From a virus (Duplodnaviria; Caudoviricetes), in the IMG/VR virus record IMGVR_UViG_3300030095_000481, positions 1 to 35,371 of that record: a stretch of 35,371 nucleotides of DNA; one strand, written 5' to 3'. Each line of letters starts with the position of its first letter. Within the stretch, counting starts at the first letter, position 1. Below, in pieces: positions 8,785 through 18,389 of the stretch. The notes below the pieces were generated by a model that had not been told where the DNA came from, made no database searches, and saw only the letters and a list, made by a program, of their open reading frames with translations. A program made the translations under genes and the position numbers.

Positions 8785-11095
8785 CTGACGTAACAACTGT
8801 TGGATAGATCGCTAATACCGATAAAGGTAAAGGTTGATCTTGTTTTATAAAAATAAATCCATCACTGTTGTAATCGTCTCTAAATTCTATTTCTCTATCA
8901 CCAGCTAATAAAGTATTGACTGGTGCTGATAAGTCGCTTGATGTAGTTCTAAATGGAACAGTCTCTAGTTTTGCTAAGGTTGGTCCAACTTTAACTCCAA
9001 CTGTTTCAAATAATCTTAAAACAACTTTACTAATTCTTTTTGTCTTACCTTGCGATGTACCTTCTGCAGCTCCACCTTCTATTCTCATAGTCTGTAAAAC
9101 ACTATCGTAAGCTAAACCAACAACAGCTTTTGTTGTCGATCTATCTAAGGATATAGAGCCACTCGACACTATCTTAGTTGCGTGAGTAGAGCCATCCGCT
9201 AGGACAGAAACAGTTTGACCTTCTAAGTGGCTCAATCCTGACAGCGTTGATGTAGCTGACCCATCATAAGTAAGATGACTATCTAAAAATTTAAAATCTG
9301 TTGCATCGTTTTCGTCAAAGTCAAAGTTAGCAAAAACTTCTACAAATCTTTTTGTAGATCCATTTATTGTTCTTTTTACAATTACGTAAAATTCATCTTC
9401 AGTTAAAGTTCCTGAGATAGATGCTGCACTTTCTACAACTGCGTGAGCTTCATCTGTTGAAGCAAGTCTTGTTGTATCACCACTACTAATCGTTAAAAAG
9501 CCAGAAGCTTGAGGTGTAGTTTCTTTTATCGTTACAGTATTAGTGCTAACTGTTGCTGTAAAATCAGCGTCAGCGTCAATTAATGTTTTTAAGTTTGTAG
9601 CCGTTTGATTGTTACTAGATGTACTATGAAACTTTCCTGATGTGGCAGACGTAGCTGAAGTAAAAGTTGTAGTTGTTCCATCTGATTTTGTAAAAACTAT
9701 TTTTGTACCATCTGCTATATTTGCAAAATCTGTAACTGTTATTGTTGCTTCACCAAATTTGCCACCTAAAATGTGTCTGTGCCAAGCAATTACATTTTCT
9801 GATCTTTGATATGTAAGTCCAGCTAAAACTCCATCGTCTCTTACACACCATAAAATACTATCAGGCTCTTGCTGGTATGACATTTCATTGATACCTGATT
9901 TAGTTACAATATCATTTAAAATAGTAAGATCAGGAGCAACGTAACCGTCAGTGTCAAAATTATAACTTAATTCTCTAATTTTTCTTTTTGCTTTTTGTAA
10001 AAATAAAACTGCGTTACCTGCAGGAATAGCATCAACATTAGCTGTTCCATAAGAACTTTGTTTTTTAATTACAATATTAGATGGTGTAATTGCAGCATCT
10101 GTACCATCTGCCGAAACTGTAAATTCACCACCAGTCGTACCAACGATTAAAGTTCGTTGAGCTTTTAAATATCTAATTCTATTTACTTGGTTTGACGCAA
10201 TCGTATAGATCATTGCATCGTCTGCGTTAGTGCCAGCAGTCATATTTTCATAATCACCTGATTTAGAAAAATATAATGTTTGTGGTTCAGCAGTAGTACC
10301 AGCAAAGGCCAAGCGTTGCTCAAAAAATGAAACGCAGGATGGATGTCCAGTCGTATCTGAGAAAGCTCCAAGCTTCCAATCAGTTTTTGCATCGGTATTA
10401 GCGAAAGCTGTAAGTATTGTGCAAACAACTACGGTAGTGTTTGTTCTACCAGTTATTTTAGCAATACCACTATTAAAAGATATTAATCTTCCAACATCAG
10501 TTGTTTGAAATCCATCGCCATTGTTTATTCCAGTAACTGCTGAAGCAGTAAAATTAACTGAAGTTCCAACTGCAGCCGAAGCTGGTGTTAGTGTAGTCGT
10601 TGTTGAGTTCGTTGATAGGTAAGGTCCATCAGTAAAATCAACATCGGTCAGTGTCCAGTTTGTATGACCAGTTCTTGAAAGCTTCTCTACTTCGTGATTA
10701 GGATGAGTGATGTACATTACATCAGCTGACTGAGCAAATTTGAGATCAAATAGTTCAGCTTCTAAATAAGGTGTAGATATTTCAAAAGCAGATCCACTAT
10801 CTAAAACTTGACCTTGATCTTTGTAAACTCTCATATACTGATCGCCAAACTCAAGAATGTAAGTTTGTACTGTAGAAAATTCAAAAGGTATTAATCTTGT
10901 TTTCTTTGAACTTGTTTTTACTTCAGCAATAAATTTAGTTCCCACTCTGCGTGTTGCAGATCCTTGAGGATGTATTAAAAAATTTTCTAAAGTTTTTGCT
11001 CCAGTAGCATACTTAGCAAAGTCAGTTCTTCCGTCTAGCTTTGCACCAAGCTCACCTGAGACAAAACTTGTTAAAGCAAGTGTTGTTCGTGGCAT
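8777..11095 (-). CDS. Tail tubular protein B / nozzle (T7 gp12-like)
   Basis: SFVSGEL, LENFLIHPQGSATRRVGT, FAQSADVMY, PSCVSFFEQRL and AWHRH motifs. Confidence 0.9.
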   Translation of the reverse strand: MPRTTLALTSFVSGELGAKLDGRTDFAKYATGAKTLENFLIHPQGSATRRVGTKFIAEVKTSSKKTRLIPFEFSTVQTYILEFGDQYMRVYKDQGQVLDSGSAFEISTPYLEAELFDLKFAQSADVMYITHPNHEVEKLSRTGHTNWTLTDVDFTDGPYLSTNSTTTTLTPASAAVGTSVNFTASAVTGINNGDGFQTTDVGRLISFNSGIAKITGRTNTTVVVCTILTAFANTDAKTDWKLGAFSDTTGHPSCVSFFEQRLAFAGTTAEPQTLYFSKSGDYENMTAGTNADDAMIYTIASNQVNRIRYLKAQRTLIVGTTGGEFTVSADGTDAAITPSNIVIKKQSSYGTANVDAIPAGNAVLFLQKAKRKIRELSYNFDTDGYVAPDLTILNDIVTKSGINEMSYQQEPDSILWCVRDDGVLAGLTYQRSENVIAWHRHILGGKFGEATITVTDFANIADGTKIVFTKSDGTTTTFTSATSATSGKFHSTSSNNQTATNLKTLIDADADFTATVSTNTVTIKETTPQASGFLTISSGDTTRLASTDEAHAVVESAASISGTLTEDEFYVIVKRTINGSTKRFVEVFANFDFDENDATDFKFLDSHLTYDGSATSTLSGLSHLEGQTVSVLADGSTHATKIVSSGSISLDRSTTKAVVGLAYDSVLQTMRIEGGAAEGTSQGKTKRISKVVLRLFETVGVKVGPTLAKLETVPFRTTSSDLSAPVNTLLAGDREIEFRDDYNSDGFIFIKQDQPLPLSVLAIYPTVVTSDG

Positions 11096-11673
11096 TATAA
11101 TCTCGCGTCAGTAAATTCGTTACTCTCAACAGTTCCTAAACTATTTTCTGTTGCATCAATAAATCTTGCTTCTCTCAATCTTTCATCTGCTGTAGTTGCA
11201 TAATTTTTTGCAAGCGTAGCATTGTTTGTGATTGCGTAAGCTAGATCTGCTGCAAGTAAAGCTGCAAGAGCTTCTTGTAAATAACTATCGTATTCGTTTG
11301 GATCTGTAATAAGAGCGATATAAACTAAAAATACTGTTCCTTCGTCAGTTTTTATTTTTCTTCCTTCAACAGCATAATCTAAGCTGGAAGCAATACTATC
11401 TGTAGTTCCGTTATGAACTTTTAAAACTCTTAAACAATCAGAAGGTAAAGTAAATTGATTTGTATATTCAACTACTGGTGCTGAGCTGTCCTCTGCTAAT
11501 TGAACTCTTTTTGTTAAACAGTTCCAAGCGTGTGATCTAAAAGTTCTATTTCTTATTGGTTCGTATCTTTGATTACAAAGTCTTGCATTCTTACTATCTT
11601 CAGTCAAAGCTGTAATAGTAGAAGCTCCAAGTAAATTTAAAGCTGAATTGCATATATCAACTACCGATGCCAT
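11095..11673 (-). CDS. Tail tubular protein A / adaptor (T7 gp11-like)
   Basis: VDICNSALNLLG, HAWNCLTKR and FTLPSDCLRV motifs. Confidence 0.9.
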   Translation of the reverse strand: MASVVDICNSALNLLGASTITALTEDSKNARLCNQRYEPIRNRTFRSHAWNCLTKRVQLAEDSSAPVVEYTNQFTLPSDCLRVLKVHNGTTDSIASSLDYAVEGRKIKTDEGTVFLVYIALITDPNEYDSYLQEALAALLAADLAYAITNNATLAKNYATTADERLREARFIDATENSLGTVESNEFTDARL

Positions 11674-11881
11674 TTATTTCCTCACAATTAAAAGTTATTA
11701 ATAATTTTTCGTTTGTCACCTTCTCAGGTCCTAATTTCATAATCGAATTGTAAGATCTGATATAACCATCACTTACACAGTCGTAATAATTTGGATATTC
11801 TATAGCTAGTCTAGTTTCACCTAATAGAGTGGAAGAGCCATTGCCTATAGAAAACATATATAACACTAATAAATATTTCAT
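11657..11881 (-). CDS. Small hypothetical protein with hydrophobic N-terminus and two Cys
   Basis: 74 aa ORF overlapping the start of the next gene; MKYLLVLYMFSIG N-terminus. Confidence 0.65.
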   Translation of the reverse strand: MKYLLVLYMFSIGNGSSTLLGETRLAIEYPNYYDCVSDGYIRSYNSIMKLGPEKVTNEKLLITFNCEEINGIGS

Positions 11882-11895
11882 TTTTCATATTGGTA

Positions 11896-11925
11896 AGACC
11901 TGGCGATCGATTGACCGCCAAGCCT
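11896..11925 (-). terminator. Stem-loop after the capsid genes (terminator or processing/stability hairpin)
   Basis: AGGCTTGGCGGTC-AATC-GATCGCCAGGTCT forms a 13-bp stem with G-U pairs; there is no clear U-tract. Confidence 0.55.
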
Positions 11926-11946
11926 AATTGCAGATAACTCTACGCC

Positions 11947-12426
11947 TTAGTTAACAACGTAAGATATGTTCCAAGATAGAGTTCCGATTGTTCCACCAGC
12001 AGCAGCCATTGTAACTGCTATGTAGTAGTAACCGCCTGGATCTGTAGTATCACCAGCTAACTCGTACATTTTCTTACCAGCTGTATCGATGTCAGCAGCT
12101 TCAAAACGAACGTCTGCCATAGCAGCAGCATCAGCTACCGCAGTTGCAAAAACATCTTCGTCTTTAACTGTTCCATCTGTTGTGTAAATTCCAACATTGA
12201 AAGTACACGATCCACCAAAAGTGTCAGAGCCAATGAATAAACTTGGCACTGCAGCATTTGAAGGTATCGGTGCTAACATAACAACATCGTCATTATCACT
12301 ATCACCAGCTGCCAACTCAACAGTTCCGTGCGCTGTTCTTAGAACACCGTGCAGTTCCGCTGCGTTGTTTTTAACTTGAGGAGTAGCTTCAAAGTTAGCC
12401 ACTAGATCTGTATTCTTAGTTCCCAT
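11947..12426 (-). CDS. Capsid decoration/cement protein
   Basis: 159 aa beta-rich protein with GGAGG RBS, directly after the major capsid gene. Confidence 0.65.
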   Translation of the reverse strand: MGTKNTDLVANFEATPQVKNNAAELHGVLRTAHGTVELAAGDSDNDDVVMLAPIPSNAAVPSLFIGSDTFGGSCTFNVGIYTTDGTVKDEDVFATAVADAAAMADVRFEAADIDTAGKKMYELAGDTTDPGGYYYIAVTMAAAGGTIGTLSWNISYVVN

Positions 12427-12444
12427 TTTGATTTTCCTCCTCTA

Positions 12445-13308
12445 TTACGCTTCGTGTGCTTCAATAGTCACAACTTTTTCTTCTTCCATTCTAGTTGCTC
12501 CCATTGTCATACACACGTAGACTTGAGTTGCGTAACCTTTGTCAGATCTCTCATCTATTCTCGTCATAATGTCTTGACCAAGCGCTAACTTGATGCCGTC
12601 ACCAGCATAAGCTAAGCAAAGTCTTTTAGACGAAGCTATTGAAAGTCTGTTAGAAGTTACGAAGGTAAAGCCTAAGAATTGGTTTATTTCACCATTCACT
12701 AATGCTTTAACTGTATTAAAATCCGAAGATGTTACTTGCGTAGTATTTAACAAATCAGAAATTTGTTTTGGTCCTACGATTAAGTATCTTTGGATTGATG
12801 GATCTACCGAAGCGCTATCGAATTTCTCTTTAGCTGATCTTAACTTCGTTAGAGTTAAACCATCTGTACCACTTTCAGTAATTTTCTGAGCTGATGGTAG
12901 CGCTACTGTTGTAGAGCCAGTCTCACCTGAGAAAGCATTACCAGAAACGGATGCGATGATTTCATCATCCATACTTCTACCGAGCGCGAACGCAGCGGCT
13001 TGAGCATAAGATGACGTTGGATCGATTAGAGTTCTAACCTGATCTTGCTTGTCGATCAAATCAGCGTACTCATAATCAACCATTGATACTCTTCTTCGAG
13101 AATGTGGTGTGTCGATTTGAGGAGTGTCTGCGTGCCTTGTTGTTCTTTTTTGTGCAACTGCTTGCCCAACTTGTTCAAAGAACGCATTTTTTCCTACAAT
13201 CGTTTCACTGTCCACAGTGTTTCTTAGAAGAGAACCTTTTTGTTGAGACAACATTTGTACATTGTTTGAATACTGCTGTACGAATGCTGTAGTTATTTGA
13301 TTAGACAT
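12445..13308 (-). CDS. Major capsid protein
   Basis: ITTAFVQQY..LSQQKGSLLR, AAFALGRSMDDEII and GATRMEEEKVV motifs of BPP-1/HTVC010P-type capsids; GAGGAGG RBS. Confidence 0.92.
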   Translation of the reverse strand: MSNQITTAFVQQYSNNVQMLSQQKGSLLRNTVDSETIVGKNAFFEQVGQAVAQKRTTRHADTPQIDTPHSRRRVSMVDYEYADLIDKQDQVRTLIDPTSSYAQAAAFALGRSMDDEIIASVSGNAFSGETGSTTVALPSAQKITESGTDGLTLTKLRSAKEKFDSASVDPSIQRYLIVGPKQISDLLNTTQVTSSDFNTVKALVNGEINQFLGFTFVTSNRLSIASSKRLCLAYAGDGIKLALGQDIMTRIDERSDKGYATQVYVCMTMGATRMEEEKVVTIEAHEA

Positions 13309-13346
13309 AATCTAATCCTCCTCTTAGTTGATTGTTGATTGATTTA

Positions 13347-13438
13347 ATCGTTTTGATTTTCCGATTACTCGGATCTCGACTTTGCCTTTATAGTCTGCAA
13401 TTAGACTTTTTTTCTTGCGGTCTTTTTAAGATTATCGC
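13347..13438 (-). promoter_or_regulatory. Structured RNA leader of the capsid gene (three hairpins)
   Basis: GCG-ATAA-TCTT/AAGA-C-CGC; AGTCT/AGACT; GA-T-CCGA-GTAA-TCGG-AAAA-TC with a GNRA loop. Confidence 0.5.
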
Positions 13439-13595
13439 TTGAAACTTGTTTGACCCAGTCAAAATATTTTTGCGCCTGACTGATTGGATCTTTTCTGTCG
13501 TATTCTGGTCCAAACTCAGTAGCTAAACGCAAACATTCTAACTTGATTTCAATATCTGAAATCTGTCCTTGAGGTTCAAATTTTTCGTTAGCCAT
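13401..13595 (-). CDS. Hypothetical protein between scaffold and capsid genes
   Basis: 64 aa with EIKLECLRLA...AQKYFDWV; overlaps the scaffold stop. Confidence 0.7.
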   Translation of the reverse strand: MANEKFEPQGQISDIEIKLECLRLATEFGPEYDRKDPISQAQKYFDWVKQVSSDNLKKTARKKV

Positions 13596-14475
13596 TTAAT
13601 TGCTCACGAAGTTTGAATACCTGATCGACAGTTTTCTTATGATTAGGATGCGTCTTATTCCAATAAGGTGATCCATCTTCAGTAAGTTCAGATATTTCTT
13701 TTTCAATCTCTTTAGCCGTTGTATAACTAGCTTCACCTTTAATTATCTCATCTTCAGATAACTTATCAGCTAACATTGAAAAAGCTTTTATGACTGCAAC
13801 ACTATCGCCAAGTCTTGAGCCGTCTTTCATAATGGTATTATTAAGCATATCATTACCAAGAGTATCGACTGCAAGCTTCTTAGCTTGGTCTAGTCTTTTG
13901 TTGAATGTAGGTCCAAATTCTTTTTTTAGTTCAACTTCAGCAGCTGCTTGTTTTTCTTCAAACACTTTCTGATTATCAGATGTCTGCTGCGTATTCATTT
14001 CGTTATAAAACTTAATGATACGTTCAGCTTGTTTAGGTAATAAACCTATTCTGTAAGCTGTTTCGTTGAATGTTTTAAGTTGGTCCTGATTAATTTCATC
14101 TTCTTTAAAAGAATACTTATAATCTTCTGGTTTGGTTGGTCTGCCTAACTTATTAAACACTTCCTCCCAATCCTCATCCGTTGCCATTTTATTAGGTATA
14201 GCAACTTTATTAGCTCCAACTAATTTTTGTGCAGAAAGATAAGATTTTACAAAGTCATTCATCGTTGTAAAATTTTGTAAAGATTTTTCGTCTTTGTAGT
14301 CCTCTGGTATTAACTCTTTAAAGTTAACTACTTTTGGTTCTTCTGCTTTTTGTTCAGTAGTAGCATCTGCTAATACTGACGGCTTCGCCTCTGTCTGCTG
14401 CTCAGCCACTTGTTCTTGAGCAACTTCTTTCGGCTGCTCAGATTGCACTTCTGGTGCAGTTGTCTGATTTTCCAT
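13588..14475 (-). CDS. Capsid scaffolding/assembly protein
   Basis: Acidic, disordered N-terminus; KSYLSAQKLVG, KLGRP and SPYWNKTHPNH motifs; located between portal and capsid genes. Confidence 0.85.
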   Translation of the reverse strand: MENQTTAPEVQSEQPKEVAQEQVAEQQTEAKPSVLADATTEQKAEEPKVVNFKELIPEDYKDEKSLQNFTTMNDFVKSYLSAQKLVGANKVAIPNKMATDEDWEEVFNKLGRPTKPEDYKYSFKEDEINQDQLKTFNETAYRIGLLPKQAERIIKFYNEMNTQQTSDNQKVFEEKQAAAEVELKKEFGPTFNKRLDQAKKLAVDTLGNDMLNNTIMKDGSRLGDSVAVIKAFSMLADKLSEDEIIKGEASYTTAKEIEKEISELTEDGSPYWNKTHPNHKKTVDQVFKLREQLNG

Positions 14476-14488
14476 ATATATCCTTATG

Positions 14489-14701
14489 TTAGTCTTTTTG
14501 ATTTAATAAACTTTCAATAAACACCACCAAAGATCTTTGACCTTCAAAAAATGCGCTTTCGTGACTGTCGCCTTTGATGTGAGTAGTATTGAAAAAATGG
14601 GATCTCTTTTTGAGATCGTCTAAAACTATTTTACCAGTATCTGTATTAAATGTTGTTTTATAGTTACTGATTAATTCTTTTAATTTTTTATTCTGTTCCA
14701 C
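14489..14701 (-). CDS. Conserved small protein (Bbp19-like)
   Basis: YKTTFNTDTGKIVLDDL and SAFFEGQRSLV motifs; follows the portal gene. Confidence 0.7.
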   Translation of the reverse strand: MEQNKKLKELISNYKTTFNTDTGKIVLDDLKKRSHFFNTTHIKGDSHESAFFEGQRSLVVFIESLLNQKD

Positions 14702-16304
14702 GATTTAATTCTTTGACCATTGGTGCTGCATCTTTTGCAATTTTAGCTTCTTGCATTTGCTGCATCATTTGCATTTGTTGTTGTTGCGCACTTTGTCTTT
14801 CTTCTCGTAGTTTCTTAACTTCTTTATCTGACTTAATCATTCTCGCTGGCAAGCCAGTAATTCTTATAACTTGTTTAATTAAACCATTCTCATCAATGTA
14901 ATCTTGCACTGGAGCAATCTGACCGATTTGCCCAAAGAGTTCTAAACCTCTCATCAATGATTGAAGCTCTTGACCTTTTTGTGCTAACGCCATTGGTGAT
15001 ACATATTCAATGTCAACTTCTTGATTAGCAAGTATCTCAGGCGCTGGCTGAAATAATTTATTTCTAAGCATAATATTAAAAACTCTTAATATCATTGGCT
15101 GTAGTAATTCGGATTGTAATCTTCCTAACACTGGACCAAGTATTCTCATCTTCTCTTCATTACGCTGTAGAACTTCTGTAGCTGTCATTGTTCTATTTGC
15201 TGTAACCATAAGCTGATCGATATGAAACATTTTAGCGATAGCTTCTCTTCTTTGGTTTTCTTGATTAAGAGTTACAGATGTGTTCTGTCCAATATTTAAT
15301 GGTTCTATTCTATCTCTTGATCCTGATCTATAGTAATTCAAAGATCCTGCAGACATTCTAATTGGTGAAAGCATACTGTCATCAGGAACTAATAAAGGTG
15401 GATCAACTTGTTTAGCTGCAGCTTTCAATGCAGTCTCTACCATTTTATTTAAAACTTTTACATCAGGTAAAGCATTCATCGCTGGTGATCTACCATAGAT
15501 CTCAGTTGAAGCTTTTAAATATCTTGGAACAACATAAGGCATTTCTCTAAAGCCACCTATGTTAATGATATGTCCTTCACCATATTCAAAATAAATACTT
15601 TGAAATGGCATATTCTTTTTATCTTCTTTTCTTTCGTTATAAATCGTTCTAGGTCTTACAACGTGAACAAGTTCTATTTCTTCAAAAGGTTCTTTCTTAA
15701 ATAAATTTTGTGTCGATCTACTAAAGTTTTCAAATCCAAACTTATCTATCGCTGCTTGAACTGGCATTTTAAATCTACGATATATAGTATCGACCAAACC
15801 TTTTTTATTTTCTTGTACGTAAAATTCTTTTATATGTCTTGAAGAGAAACGAATAATATCGTCTTCGTCTTCTTCAACCATTAAGCACGCTGTGCCAAAA
15901 CAAATAAGATCGTGGTAAGCTTCAAAGACTTCTTGTTGAAAGTTAGATCTTGAAAAAGCTAAATACATTTTATCAATAGCATCTTCTAGCCACTCTTTTG
16001 CTTCATCACTTTCATTAAGTAGGCTTTCTTTGTAGCGCATTGAAAACCATCTATTTGCAGATGAGGTAAGCATTCCGTGTAAGGAAGCTGCAAGTAATTC
16101 TAAAGCGTGAATAGCTGTAGCATCAAAGATCTGTATATTTCTTTTATCGCCACGTTGTCTTTCTTTATTTATCTCAGCTTTTCTAGGCTGCATAAAGTCA
16201 GCACATTCTTGCCAATGGCTTTCCCAAGTGGATCTCTTATCCATCAATCGTGCTAAATTATTTTTTAATTCAGCTGCTAGTCTTCTAAATTCTTGTTGCT
16301 GCAT
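14688..16304 (-). CDS. Portal (head-tail connector) protein, T7 gp8-like
   Basis: 538 aa with DLICFGTA, YGRSPAMNALPD, MTATEVLQR and IEYVSPMA motifs. Confidence 0.95.
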   Translation of the reverse strand: MQQQEFRRLAAELKNNLARLMDKRSTWESHWQECADFMQPRKAEINKERQRGDKRNIQIFDATAIHALELLAASLHGMLTSSANRWFSMRYKESLLNESDEAKEWLEDAIDKMYLAFSRSNFQQEVFEAYHDLICFGTACLMVEEDEDDIIRFSSRHIKEFYVQENKKGLVDTIYRRFKMPVQAAIDKFGFENFSRSTQNLFKKEPFEEIELVHVVRPRTIYNERKEDKKNMPFQSIYFEYGEGHIINIGGFREMPYVVPRYLKASTEIYGRSPAMNALPDVKVLNKMVETALKAAAKQVDPPLLVPDDSMLSPIRMSAGSLNYYRSGSRDRIEPLNIGQNTSVTLNQENQRREAIAKMFHIDQLMVTANRTMTATEVLQRNEEKMRILGPVLGRLQSELLQPMILRVFNIMLRNKLFQPAPEILANQEVDIEYVSPMALAQKGQELQSLMRGLELFGQIGQIAPVQDYIDENGLIKQVIRITGLPARMIKSDKEVKKLREERQSAQQQQMQMMQQMQEAKIAKDAAPMVKELNRGTE

Positions 16305-16519
16305 TATCCGCCTAATAGAGTTTTCTTCGCTAATTCTAACTCTTCACTAACTCCAGTAGTTGATGTTAAAATTGTAGATCTTCTACCTTTTCTTTTGCTT
16401 TGGTCGTATTGAACTGCTTCTGCTTTTGTTGGTCCTTTCGGAGCTGTCATCATAGGAGCAGGTGCTGGTGCTGGAGCAGGTTTTGGTGCTGATATAATTC
16501 TTCTTACTGGTCCGCCCAT
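16304..16519 (-). CDS. Small virion assembly protein (T7 gp7.3-like position)
   Basis: Pro/Ala-rich; KGRRSTILTS...KKTLLGG. Confidence 0.65.
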   Translation of the reverse strand: MGGPVRRIISAPKPAPAPAPAPMMTAPKGPTKAEAVQYDQSKRKGRRSTILTSTTGVSEELELAKKTLLGG

Positions 16520-16520
16520 A

Positions 16521-16748
16521 CTAGCCTCCTAACAAAGTCGGTTTATCTGTAGTTGCTGTTGTATCGCTATAAGTTGGTGAAGTTAAAATCGTAGATCTTC
16601 TACCTTTACGATTTCTATTTCTTTTTCTCATATCAGCTTCCTCTTCTGCTCTTCTAGCAGCATCTTCTGCTGAAGGTACATTTTCCACTTTAGGCATTTC
16701 TAATTGTGGAGGTGCTGGCATACTTGGCATTTTAAATAATGAACTCAT
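16521..16748 (-). CDS. Small virion assembly protein, paralog of 16304..16519
   Basis: KGRRSTILTS...KPTLLGG. Confidence 0.65.
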   Translation of the reverse strand: MSSLFKMPSMPAPPQLEMPKVENVPSAEDAARRAEEEADMRKRNRNRKGRRSTILTSPTYSDTTATTDKPTLLGG

Positions 16749-18016
16749 ATATTAAATCCTTTATCGTATTGTTGTTGTCTTGTTTTTATATTTTCAAACT
16801 TTTCGTTTTCTAAACCAGTTGCTAAAGTTCTAAGTGCATCATTGAAATGACTAGACCAATCGTGATTTGGCTTAGCCGAATACAATCGATCTTTCTCTTT
16901 ATACTTACGATGATAATGTCTTAGAGCATTTATAAACTTAGTACAGTTATCTACATCAATGTAGCATCTTGGAAGTAACATCTTAACTGCGTGGATGCCA
17001 TCTTCTATGGGAAGCTTTGGAGCTATCCTAAATCTTAATCCTAACTGGTGAGCTACTTCTCTTCTTGTTCTTCCAGTTGCGAAATCTGTTTGTTCGAGAT
17101 CGTGTGGTCCGATATGTTTATCGTACACATAATTTTTTTCCTTGAGGACCTGAGCATAGTGAGGAAACGCTTGGTTACTGTTCTCGTAGCAGTCAATAAT
17201 ATTAATAGCGTGTCCAATATTTTGATAAAACAAAATAGCGGTACTATCATTATAACCAAGATCCCAAGCGGTATTAACAGAATAGCTGGGATCATAAGGC
17301 ACTCTTGCAATACGTTTCTCATCTTCGAGCTTTGTAATTAGTTCGCCATAAATAGATCCTCTTACATTTCCAATAAAGCTGCACTCAAATTCTTGATTGA
17401 AAGTGGCAACTCCCATTACTGAAAGTGCTGCATCTAATTCTTCTTTATCTACTAAACCAGTCTCACTAGCTTTGGCTGTATATAAAAACCAATCTTTCTC
17501 AGATCTAGCTTTCAAATACATATCGTAAAAGATGTTGTTCATACCTTTTGGTGTAGAACATAAAACCATCCATCCTTTTCGATCAGATAAGGCAGGTCTT
17601 ATTACTTCGTCAATCAGCTCTCGACTAATCTGTGAAGCTTCATCGCAAACCACGCCATCTAAATAAATACCTCTAATACTGTCAGGATTTTCTGAGCTTA
17701 GCAAAGTGATACGAGCGCCATTAAAAAAATCGCACCGTAACTCTGTCTCGTTGTATTTTGTATTTGGTAATCCTTTTGTATAAAATTTTAAATAATCCCA
17801 GGCAATCTTCTTGGCTTGAGAATAAGTCGGAGCAATATAAGCAAAGCGTGGTTGATGGTTCTTATTCATCATACACTCTTTGATTAAATGATTTATCAGC
17901 ATCACCGTTTTGCCAAACCTTCTATGACAGCATAGAACTGAAAATCTATGTTTGTCTAATTCTGTATGTATGAAAGCTTGTTGCTTTCTTGGCGTATACG
18001 GTATGGTGACTTTCAT
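16745..18016 (-). CDS. terL: Terminase large subunit
   Basis: Walker A CHRRFGKT, Walker B GVVCDE, coupling motif STPKG, nuclease motifs AWDLG and SHFNDALR. Confidence 0.95.
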   Translation of the reverse strand: MKVTIPYTPRKQQAFIHTELDKHRFSVLCCHRRFGKTVMLINHLIKECMMNKNHQPRFAYIAPTYSQAKKIAWDYLKFYTKGLPNTKYNETELRCDFFNGARITLLSSENPDSIRGIYLDGVVCDEASQISRELIDEVIRPALSDRKGWMVLCSTPKGMNNIFYDMYLKARSEKDWFLYTAKASETGLVDKEELDAALSVMGVATFNQEFECSFIGNVRGSIYGELITKLEDEKRIARVPYDPSYSVNTAWDLGYNDSTAILFYQNIGHAINIIDCYENSNQAFPHYAQVLKEKNYVYDKHIGPHDLEQTDFATGRTRREVAHQLGLRFRIAPKLPIEDGIHAVKMLLPRCYIDVDNCTKFINALRHYHRKYKEKDRLYSAKPNHDWSSHFNDALRTLATGLENEKFENIKTRQQQYDKGFNI

Positions 18017-18228
18017 TAGTGAATAGTTGGTGATGGTGGATCTTTCATTCCGCCAAAGCTGGTAAAATCCATTTTTAACCTTGAGAATACAAACTCTGCA
18101 AACTCAGGCATATCTTCATCATCGTGAAATCCGTGAAAGACAATCATCATTTCGCCACCGACTGTAGTAAATGTAAAGCCAGTAACATCTTGAAACTTAT
18201 CAGGTATCTTTTTATCTCTGTTGCTCAT
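18016..18228 (-). CDS. Hypothetical acidic protein
   Basis: 70 aa; TAATG overlap with the terL start. Confidence 0.7.
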   Translation of the reverse strand: MSNRDKKIPDKFQDVTGFTFTTVGGEMMIVFHGFHDDEDMPEFAEFVFSRLKMDFTSFGGMKDPPSPTIH

Positions 18229-18371
18229 AGGTAATTTATCGTAATAACAGCCAGCCGTGCGTTTTTGGTGGTGGTTGCTGTAAAAAAAACATTATTTTTT
18301 CTGCAGACCTGAGCCATATTGTATGTCAGGCAATCGCTCCAGGAAGTAGTATCAATAAAAATAAACAAACT

Positions 18372-18389
18372 TGGTGCAGGTATGGTGCA
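18372..18389 (+). repeat. TGGTGCA-N4-TGGTGCA direct repeat pair (same motif as the attP arms)
   Basis: TGGTGCA at 18372 and 18383, 11-bp period, intergenic. Confidence 0.7.

Noticed and set aside
4646-17341. Plus-strand and nested ORFs within the structural operon (e.g. 4646, 4716, 5414, 8517, 8916, 10240, 12197, 13083, 13790, 14713, 17048, 17053)
   Set aside because: They lie antisense to or nested in well-supported genes and show no recognisable motifs.
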